A DNA stretch of 64,000 nucleotides from an uncultured virus (IMG/VR IMGVR_UViG_3300031994_000090). Its lineage: Duplodnaviria; Heunggongvirae; Uroviricota; Caudoviricetes. The DNA is taken from the IMG/VR virus record IMGVR_UViG_3300031994_000090; one strand, 5' to 3'. Numbering within the stretch: position 1 is the stretch's first letter; the number at the start of each line of letters is the position of its first letter. The notes under the pieces were generated by a model that saw only the letters and a list, made by a program, of their open reading frames with translations, had not been told where the DNA came from and made no database searches. The position numbers were made by a program, and so were the translations under genes. Shown here piece by piece: positions 57,137 through 64,000 of this stretch.

Positions 57137-57323
57137 TCCTCTTTTGGTAGGTTATAGATAACGTCCAGAGGAACCAGGATACATAGAGATTGTATTCCTT
57201 GCCAAAATTTGCCTTCACATAGCGAAAGGCGATGCCGGGAATGAACTCTATGCAGAAGTACCTGAAATCCTTTCTGGATGCGCAGTTCTTCTCAATTCCA
57301 ATATGCAGGTTGCCGATTCTCAT
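57123..57323 (-). CDS. Hypothetical protein
   Basis: Tightly packed ORF. Confidence 0.45.
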   Translation of the reverse strand: MRIGNLHIGIEKNCASRKDFRYFCIEFIPGIAFRYVKANFGKEYNLYVSWFLWTLSITYQKRNESR

Positions 57324-57489
57324 TACTCCTCCTCTTTTACGGAATAGCCACGACGTTCCAGTTCGGTAACGAGCGCATCCGTCGAGGCGTCGTCAATATG
57401 GCTGTCAACATATTTCTCTTTCTCTTGCCAAGACAAGGAAGCATATACCTCATCTGCGTCAATGGTAATCTTAATTTCTGCGTCCATAA

Positions 57490-57999
57490 CTATTCGTGTT
57501 TCATAAAACAAATCCAGTGTGTTCCCTGGGATTTTCCCACCTTATGACCGAAGATTGGTCTTTCCGGGGCGAGGGCAAGGATGCTTTTGACCTTAATGTC
57601 GGTGTCACTCCACTTGAAGATTAGGAACCCACCGGGTTTCAGTACCCTAAAGCACTCTGCAAAACCCTTTTCAAGATAGTCCCTCCAGTCCTTGCGTAGT
57701 TCGCCGTATTCCGCATACAAGTCACCGCGTCTTTCGTGAGAGGCGTTATCGTCCTTGGAGTAGTACACCATGTGTGGCGGGTCAAAGACCACCATGGCGA
57801 AAGTATTGTCCGGGTATGGCATATTGCGGAAGTCCGCAACCACATCTGGATGCACCTTAAAAAGTCCGCCCTTACAGAGCGGGACCTCTTCGTCCCTTAT
57901 GTCTTGGAAAAGAACACGCTCATCTTCCTTGTCGAAGTAAAACATCCTCCCGCCGCAACAGGCGTCAAGTATCGGGGGGGGGTAATTCAAATTTTTCAT
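57490..57999 (-). CDS. SAM-dependent (DNA amino-) methyltransferase
   Basis: ILDACCGGRMF, FDPPH, RVLKPGG; C9 tract near start. Confidence 0.8.
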   Translation of the reverse strand: MKNLNYPPPILDACCGGRMFYFDKEDERVLFQDIRDEEVPLCKGGLFKVHPDVVADFRNMPYPDNTFAMVVFDPPHMVYYSKDDNASHERRGDLYAEYGELRKDWRDYLEKGFAECFRVLKPGGFLIFKWSDTDIKVKSILALAPERPIFGHKVGKSQGTHWICFMKHE

Positions 58000-58197
58000 T
58001 TCTCTACCTCCTTATAATCCAACGCATCGAAAGCCCCTTGCAGATAGGCTTGCTCAATGTCGGTCTGGTCTAATTCATACCCACCGGCGGCGGCTTGATG
58101 ATACACGCTGCGGGCGTATCGCTTACCCTTCTGCGTGAGTTCCTTTGGTACTTCTGTTGTTGCCATGATAATTAGGTTTATTCTTTCGGCTTTTGTG

Positions 58198-58413
58198 TCA
58201 TACCCGCATCCCCTCCGGGTATTTGGTGGCAAGAGGGCGATAGTTTTCCGGGGCCTTCTTCCCGCAGACTGGGCAGACCATATCGGGTATCACATGCTTG
58301 TGAAAATACTCATCATCGTAGCCGGAGCGCTCCATTGTATGCCCGCAGTGTTCGCACTCGAAAACGGCATAGAAATCGCGGCGGTTCTGCGACTTAATTT
58401 CCTTGATTTTCAT
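58198..58413 (-). CDS. Zinc-ribbon hypothetical protein
   Basis: CEHC...CPVC. Confidence 0.6.
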   Translation of the reverse strand: MKIKEIKSQNRRDFYAVFECEHCGHTMERSGYDDEYFHKHVIPDMVCPVCGKKAPENYRPLATKYPEGMRV

Positions 58414-58541
58414 TGCGTTTCTTCAATCTGTTTAACACTTCTTTGTAGTATGCCTCCTCCGTGGGATAGCGCCCGGTCTCGTGAGTGAGAATGGCATCCG
58501 CAGTCCTCACAACCTCCCGGACATCTATCCACGTGAGTTGG

Positions 58542-59579
58542 TCAAGAATCTTCGTCTTCATCTGTAAAAAGCATAGGGTATTCCTCGTTAGAGTGGAAGC
58601 CGGAAATGGTATCGTCGGAGTAGATGAACCATTTCATGAAGTCCTCGGCGTTGCGGAAGAGCGCCCGGCGCTCTTCCGAGCATTGCGAGAGGAAGATTGC
58701 CATCCTCTTTGTGTACTCACGAACGAAGATGGGATACCTCCTTGCGTCTCGCGCCCTGGATGCCGTGTCTGCCAGAGGGCAGAGGATGCACCCAAGCCTT
58801 GAATACCCCTCGTTGTAGAGTTTGCAGTACGGCAGTTTGAAAAGCCGTATGAGCATCCAGACATCGGCATCGGTCCACTCCCATATCGGGGATAAGATAA
58901 CCTTCTCTGCACCCCTTACGCACCCGAGAACGGTCTGCGCATCTACTTCAAAGAGGTCAACGTGCTTGACGTACTTCTTTCCGCCCTTGACCACCACCGA
59001 ATGCTCGCCAACCTCCTTGGGGTGCTTCTTCGTACCGAGGAAAGTTTTCTTTCCTCCGAAGGCTTTGAGCGGCGTAGGGTTCTGCTTCGCCCGCCGGTCA
59101 CTCTCTGCAACTCGCAGTCCGGTGGCGACTACCTCACCATGGCCGGAGAACTCCTTGAAGATGTCACAACACCATCGGTGGTCTCTGGACGGGGCCCCGT
59201 GTTTCGTGAGTTCCGTGAGGAAGTTCATTGTCTTTCCGTCGGGCCCCTTCGGAGGAAGATTAAGGCGGACACGGCCAGTGGAAACGTACACCTCTCGAAT
59301 GAAAGCCATCAACTCCGGAGGGTCGATGGTCGTGCACTGCATTTCGGCATGGAACTTCACGTCTGCGTGTTCAAAGAGCCAAAGAAGCGCCATTGAATCC
59401 TTTCCGCCAGAAAAGGCTACATTGAAGCCGCCCTCGGGGTTGTATTCAAGCGCAAGGAGTTCCGCCTTCTTTATGAGCGATATTGCTCTCTCAATTTTAT
59501 ATCGCAGTTGGGGGGGGGTAATCCTTAATGCTTCCTCAAGGGAAATCTTCGGCTCCACTCCATACTGCTTACTGCTCAT
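58542..59579 (-). CDS. PAPS reductase-family (PP-loop) protein
   Basis: FSGGKDS, RWCC, GLRVAES..R, RLGCILCP; C9 tract near start. Confidence 0.88.
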   Translation of the reverse strand: MSSKQYGVEPKISLEEALRITPPQLRYKIERAISLIKKAELLALEYNPEGGFNVAFSGGKDSMALLWLFEHADVKFHAEMQCTTIDPPELMAFIREVYVSTGRVRLNLPPKGPDGKTMNFLTELTKHGAPSRDHRWCCDIFKEFSGHGEVVATGLRVAESDRRAKQNPTPLKAFGGKKTFLGTKKHPKEVGEHSVVVKGGKKYVKHVDLFEVDAQTVLGCVRGAEKVILSPIWEWTDADVWMLIRLFKLPYCKLYNEGYSRLGCILCPLADTASRARDARRYPIFVREYTKRMAIFLSQCSEERRALFRNAEDFMKWFIYSDDTISGFHSNEEYPMLFTDEDEDS

Positions 59580-59826
59580 CCTCTTGCATCAGTTTCTCCG
59601 CTTCGATAAGCGAATTGAGGGCACTATCCAGCGGCTTGGAGACCTTCTTGTACTGCTCCGGCTCCTTGTCTTTCAGGTAGCCAATGAGGCAGAAAAGACT
59701 CTCAAAGGAATCATGGAGGAGGGATTCGCGCTCACTCTCCGGTTCCTCTGCGGTTTTGGCGATGAACACCATAAACACGATGCCGATAATAACGGCGACA
59801 ACAATGATTGCGATGATTGCTTTCAT
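59569..59826 (-). CDS. Membrane-anchored hypothetical protein
   Basis: N-terminal TM. Confidence 0.55.
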   Translation of the reverse strand: MKAIIAIIVVAVIIGIVFMVFIAKTAEEPESERESLLHDSFESLFCLIGYLKDKEPEQYKKVSKPLDSALNSLIEAEKLMQEDEQ

Positions 59827-60009
59827 TTCACTTCAAGGTTTTTGATGTAAGCGGGGACTGGGCGGGGCTTCCAACACCCTTTCACTGCATCGAGGGCAAA
59901 GTCTGCATCGTGCATCCAGCACGAGGGCATATCGAAGCAAGTTGAACACTCGTGGCGAACCGGCTTCAGTTTCGCTTGCATCTGGTTATACTTTTCTTCT
60001 ACGGTCATT

Positions 60010-60531
60010 TTATTGTTGTGGTTTGAAATCGTAGTAGCAGTGGAACTCTCCCTTCCGCTCGCCACGCTTCATCTTTTCGAGCCTGGTTGCACGATGGGTG
60101 TCTGGAGTAAAGTAGGCGACCTTCTGAACCTCATCCACGACATACCCGAGGTGTCGTAGGTAGGAAGTCTGGTCGTGATAATGCTTGGTGCCGTGCCGGA
60201 GACGCATCTTCGTCTGTTGCGGAAGGCCCCAACGGGCCAGCATATCCTCGGTCTTGTATCGGGCCTTGTAAGAGGCTACGCGCTTCGCTACGGCCTCCGG
60301 AGTGTAACAGGCAGAGGAATCCCCACCACGGGCGAGATTCGACGCCTTACCGGCCTTTACGCCCATGTTGTGAAGATGCTCCGGAGATTTCCTCAAATGG
60401 TATCTGGACTGGATGCGGTCGATGCTCGAAAGACCTACGCCAGTGAGTTCCCGGATTTCCTTCTTCGTGTGGTCCGGGAACAGACGGATAACGAGGCGTA
60501 TCTGCTCGCTTGTGAGTGGAACACCGGTCAT
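60010..60531 (-). CDS. HTH-containing hypothetical protein
   Basis: TKKEIRELTGVGLSSIDRI. Confidence 0.6.
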   Translation of the reverse strand: MTGVPLTSEQIRLVIRLFPDHTKKEIRELTGVGLSSIDRIQSRYHLRKSPEHLHNMGVKAGKASNLARGGDSSACYTPEAVAKRVASYKARYKTEDMLARWGLPQQTKMRLRHGTKHYHDQTSYLRHLGYVVDEVQKVAYFTPDTHRATRLEKMKRGERKGEFHCYYDFKPQQ

Positions 60532-60636
60532 AACTCGATGCTCCAGTAGAGCCAGACAAGGAAGATACGCCGCCCCATGTAGGACCTGGCAACTATGATT
60601 GTCGGCAGAACGTAGAACTGACTGCCTTCCTTCCGG

Positions 60637-60852
60637 TTAAGATTCGTGAACTTCATTGTCTCGCGGTTTGAGGAAATCACAACTTTCGGTCTTGGGGTTG
60701 ACGAGCGCGACCTTGTGCCCGCAGTAGCACTTGTCAACATACTCCGGCTGCATGGTCTCGTTGGCATCATCGTACCACTCGCCGATTTGGACCTTCTTCA
60801 CGAGGTCGAGGCGACACAGCTTGCAGTCCTTGCATTTCATTTCAGTTTCCAT
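60637..60852 (-). CDS. Cys-rich small protein
   Basis: CKDCKLC...CYC. Confidence 0.5.
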   Translation of the reverse strand: METEMKCKDCKLCRLDLVKKVQIGEWYDDANETMQPEYVDKCYCGHKVALVNPKTESCDFLKPRDNEVHES

Positions 60853-61265
60853 TTGGGCAGTGAAGGGTTGAAGGCTCCGGGGACTCTGGCGATATTCTTG
60901 ATGTTCATGGTGATGCCCTCCGGAAGATTATCCTTCGGATTGACCATGAAGGCATCAGGATAGCCGGTATATGTAATTGCGTAGTCGAGAAGGTCTTCGA
61001 GATTATCTCCAAATAGTTTCTCATCCCGCCGTGTCGAGTAGTAGTATTTCTTGCGCGTCCTCCCTTGCGTGTATTCCTTCTCTGCGCACTCGAAATGGAT
61101 GCAGTATTTGCCCTTTGTCGCATCGTAGTACAGACCCCAGAACACGAGGGAGTACGCGGTGCATTTCTGGCACTGGGCGGTAATCCTTGCGAGGGCCGCT
61201 CCGTAGTCATAGGGCGGCACTGGCTTCTTGAACAGATTAGCCAAACAATCCAAAAGGTTCTTCAT
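60837..61265 (-). CDS. Hypothetical protein
   Basis: Start MKNLLD. Confidence 0.5.
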   Translation of the reverse strand: MKNLLDCLANLFKKPVPPYDYGAALARITAQCQKCTAYSLVFWGLYYDATKGKYCIHFECAEKEYTQGRTRKKYYYSTRRDEKLFGDNLEDLLDYAITYTGYPDAFMVNPKDNLPEGITMNIKNIARVPGAFNPSLPKWKLK

Positions 61266-61743
61266 CTTTCTTCTTCTCCTTTTTGGCTTTAGATTTCTTT
61301 CTGGGTTTCGGAGGCTTGATGTTGAGACTGAAGGCAATCTCCGGATAGTCAATAGTAGGGTCGAAGACCTCACGGATGGGATGCCCGAAGTATCGCATCA
61401 TCTTGCGCTTCAAGATATAGTCCTCCGTGGCGAATCCCTTGATGTCCTCGACAACCTCTTTTCCGTCCTTGATATAGACAAAATCGGCGGCGTATGTGAC
61501 GGGGTGTTCGCAGAACTTCTCTACAATCTTCGTCTTGGTCTTCAGTTTGACCTCTACGGCCTCCGTCTGCCTTGGGATGAGGGTAAATACCTTTTGAAGT
61601 TGAAGGTCGCTTATAAGGCCCCTTTTCTGGGCTTCGCGCAGTATGCGGTAGCGGTCAACTTCCGGAGTAGAGTCAAAGGTTATTCCCTCGAACTCCACCT
61701 TCTTGGTTCCGTAGTATCTATTCTTAAATCCCATTGTCGTCAA
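61237..61743 (-). CDS. DUF1064-like PD-(D/E)XK endonuclease
   Basis: GITFDS..E..RY, YAADFVY, VEDIKG. Confidence 0.8.
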   Translation of the reverse strand: MTTMGFKNRYYGTKKVEFEGITFDSTPEVDRYRILREAQKRGLISDLQLQKVFTLIPRQTEAVEVKLKTKTKIVEKFCEHPVTYAADFVYIKDGKEVVEDIKGFATEDYILKRKMMRYFGHPIREVFDPTIDYPEIAFSLNIKPPKPRKKSKAKKEKKKDEEPFGLFG

Positions 61744-62068
61744 ATAGTTTTGGTTCGGTATCCACCTTACGGCGCTTGCTGTGCTTCGGCCACTCCGTGC
61801 GAAGGAACGGGCATCTGGGGCTGTTGATAATCTTGTTGACGCGCTTTGTTACGCCATTAGTGAGCATCGAGTCAAGAATTTCCTCGTTGACTCTGCAACG
61901 GCCCTTATTGGCATAGCCGGTGATAACCCTGAACTTGATTATCGGATGCTCGGCCTTGATGCACCGGTCGCAGTTGTGCGCCATCCAATCCATGCCCATC
62001 GTCCCGTTTGAGAAGGTGGGGTAGTCGGTTCTTTTCTTTGCCATATTACGAGTCGTCTTCATCACCAA
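61724..62068 (-). CDS. Hypothetical protein
   Basis: FSNGT...NCDRC. Confidence 0.55.
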   Translation of the reverse strand: MVMKTTRNMAKKRTDYPTFSNGTMGMDWMAHNCDRCIKAEHPIIKFRVITGYANKGRCRVNEEILDSMLTNGVTKRVNKIINSPRCPFLRTEWPKHSKRRKVDTEPKLFDDNGI

Positions 62069-62434
62069 CGTCGAGAAGGGCGGTGTCGCCTATCTGTTGG
62101 AAACCAATCTTCTTGGACTTATCTTCCTTCTTTGTCCTCACGTCCAACTCCCTTTCCAGATAGACCGGTATCCCAAACAAGCGCACTTCTTTCGCCCAGC
62201 GGGTGTCCGATTGTATTATTGAGATTTGCAAGATTGCCATAGTTGTGCACGGCCCTGCTCACGGCAAGGCGGAATAGTAGATTGTTCATACCTTCACTGC
62301 GGAGGTCTCGGAAACGATTACGAACATTCCGGATGGGAGTTTAACCTTCCACTCGCCGGGACGAAACTCCTCCACCACCTCGCCGGTGGCGTAGCCGTTT
62401 ACTGTCCTCCATCTGATTTTGTCGCCGATGCCAA

Positions 62435-62935
62435 TCATTTTTCGTCGGGGTATTTCATGTCGAAGTAATTGAAGTCGGCCTCGTCGAACTGGCCGTGGCC
62501 CTCCATGTCGTTGAGGGTCTTGAAGATGGTGTACTGCTGCTCACCATCGTGGTAGGTGCGGTCCAGAAGAAGGAGGGTGAAGCGGGCCAGGGTGTTGGCG
62601 TCCGCTTGCCAGTTGTCGTAACTGCGCGTGCGGTTATCGCCCTCATTGGAGCCCCAGGTGGCATCCGTCACCATCTTGCTTATGAACTCCTCGAAGAAGT
62701 ACACGGCCCGCTTGACTGCGGTGTAGTATTCCTTGAGGGCCCCGAGTTCCGGATTCTCTTTCGAGGTTGCGCCTACACTGCGGAACACTGCGTCTATCCT
62801 CTGGGTGGTCCTTGCAAGCTGGAGCATCGAGGCATCGGCTTGCAGATATAGGGCCTTGAGAGAATTGGCGATGGTGCTCTTGTTGATGATGTAGTCGGTG
62901 GCCTTTTCGGCCATGATTTTCTTATCCTTCTTCAT
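62435..62935 (-). CDS. Hypothetical protein
   Basis: 166 aa ORF. Confidence 0.6.
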   Translation of the reverse strand: MKKDKKIMAEKATDYIINKSTIANSLKALYLQADASMLQLARTTQRIDAVFRSVGATSKENPELGALKEYYTAVKRAVYFFEEFISKMVTDATWGSNEGDNRTRSYDNWQADANTLARFTLLLLDRTYHDGEQQYTIFKTLNDMEGHGQFDEADFNYFDMKYPDEK

Positions 62936-63110
62936 CGAGTTTGTATTTTTCTACAAGACAGAGAGGTATCGCGAGCCGCCCCTTGTTATAGAGCGAGGGC
63001 CCGCGAACCTCATACTTGCCCTTGATACCAGGAAGGGAGATAAACTCCCCATCCTGCGGTTGTCTGTCACGGATGTCTATCCAGTCTTCCATGGAATTGA
63101 CCAGGCGTCA

Positions 63111-63392
63111 CTATTCTTTGCTCGCCTTCTGCGCCTCTATTCTTTCTATGATGGCTTTTTGGACGTCCTTGCTCATAATAATATCAACAAGCGCGTATGC
63201 CGCAAGTTCATGCTCGGAGCAAGTCTCGACAAATTTCTTCAAGCCCTTGAATAAGAGCAGAAAGTAACTGGGATTTACTTTATCTTCCCCCCCCCGTTTC
63301 TCGGTGAAGTTAGAGATAAGTGAGCCGTCTTTCTTAACGGCGAAAACAATGTCCTGCGTAGGGACAATAAGCATTTCTTGATTCTGGTCCAT
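63111..63392 (-). CDS. Hypothetical protein with G9 tract
   Basis: 93 aa ORF. Confidence 0.55.
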   Translation of the reverse strand: MDQNQEMLIVPTQDIVFAVKKDGSLISNFTEKRGGEDKVNPSYFLLLFKGLKKFVETCSEHELAAYALVDIIMSKDVQKAIIERIEAQKASKE

Positions 63393-63510
63393 GTTATTAT
63401 TATTTGAATGTTGGAAAAGCCGTAAAAAGGGTGCGGCGGCAGGAAACGATTATGAAAGGTAGCGTGAAAGTAGCCCCGCTACCGCACCCGGGCAGAAAAG
63501 AAAAAAGGGG

Positions 63511-64000
63511 TTACTTGCGGTCGTCCGGATAGAAGGAGTTGGAAAGTTCCTTTGGGACAATGTCCGTGCAGTTGACCTTCTTCGCTTCGTTGAGGGTGAG
63601 GATGAATCCGGCCTTCAACTTGTCGGTCTCCTTCTTGATGCGGTCCTTGTCATTGGAGTTCACCTTGAGGTCGTCAACGAACTTCTTGCGGCGCTCGTGG
63701 ATGATTTTCTCAATCACGCCCAGAGCCTCATCGACGTTCTCGGCCTGGAGGACGATGGTTCCGTTCTGAACATCATTATCGTCGCGCCAACGGGCAGAGA
63801 CGGAGATATTGTAGAACTTCAGTTCGGGAGCCTTCTCGCCTTCCTTGAGTTCCCGGGGCTCCGGAGCAACGAACACTGCGTCGTCGAAGTTGCCCACACT
63901 CTTGAAGGTGAACACGCCATCGTATGTGCGCTCCATGTACTCGGCGGTGATGGCCAGAGCGTCGGCCACAGTCTTGGCGTAGAGGATAACCGTGTGCTTC
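63511..64000 (-). CDS. Hypothetical Bacteroidetes-type protein (5' truncated by window)
   Basis: Open frame to window edge. Confidence 0.6.
   Translation of the reverse strand, partial: KHTVILYAKTVADALAITAEYMERTYDGVFTFKSVGNFDDAVFVAPEPRELKEGEKAPELKFYNISVSARWRDDNDVQNGTIVLQAENVDEALGVIEKIIHERRKKFVDDLKVNSNDKDRIKKETDKLKAGFILTLNEAKKVNCTDIVPKELSNSFYPDDRK

Larger units (their letters stand above)
1..64000. mobile_element. Temperate Bacteroidota phage genome (partial, siphovirus-like)
   Basis: Terminase, portal, capsid, tape measure, holin/amidase, integrase and repressor-like genes; no host housekeeping genes; Bacteroidota-type promoter consensus. Confidence 0.95.

Overview
The window is most of a temperate, long-tailed (siphovirus-like) phage genome with a Bacteroidota host, inferred from repeated TTTG-N19/20-TAnnTTTG promoters, a BACON domain and Bacteroidetes-type proteins. 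It appears to be the excised/attP form. Layout: replication/recombination genes (1-5.4 kb, minus); immunity switch, integrase and attP (5.4-8.4 kb); about 25 short early genes, most preceded by a conserved hairpin + AACCAATCA element, with a second tyrosine recombinase near the end of the array (9.2-21 kb, minus); a non-coding AT-rich/palindromic region (21-22 kb); packaging genes (23-28.5 kb, minus) divergent from head, tail and lysis genes (28.6-52.3 kb, plus); accessory and DNA-modification genes (52.3-64 kb, minus). The best-supported highlight is a complete diversity-generating retroelement (avd-TR-RT) whose single template diversifies two genes. One is the adjacent tail adhesin. The other is a small remote gene 35 kb away on the opposite strand, inside the early-gene array. 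Other highlights are the hairpin-punctuated cassette array, five C8/C9 tracts (one frameshifting its gene), an inverted-repeat-flanked promoter in the genetic switch, and a -1 frameshift in the tail chaperone. All functional calls come from motif recognition by eye, with no database searches.
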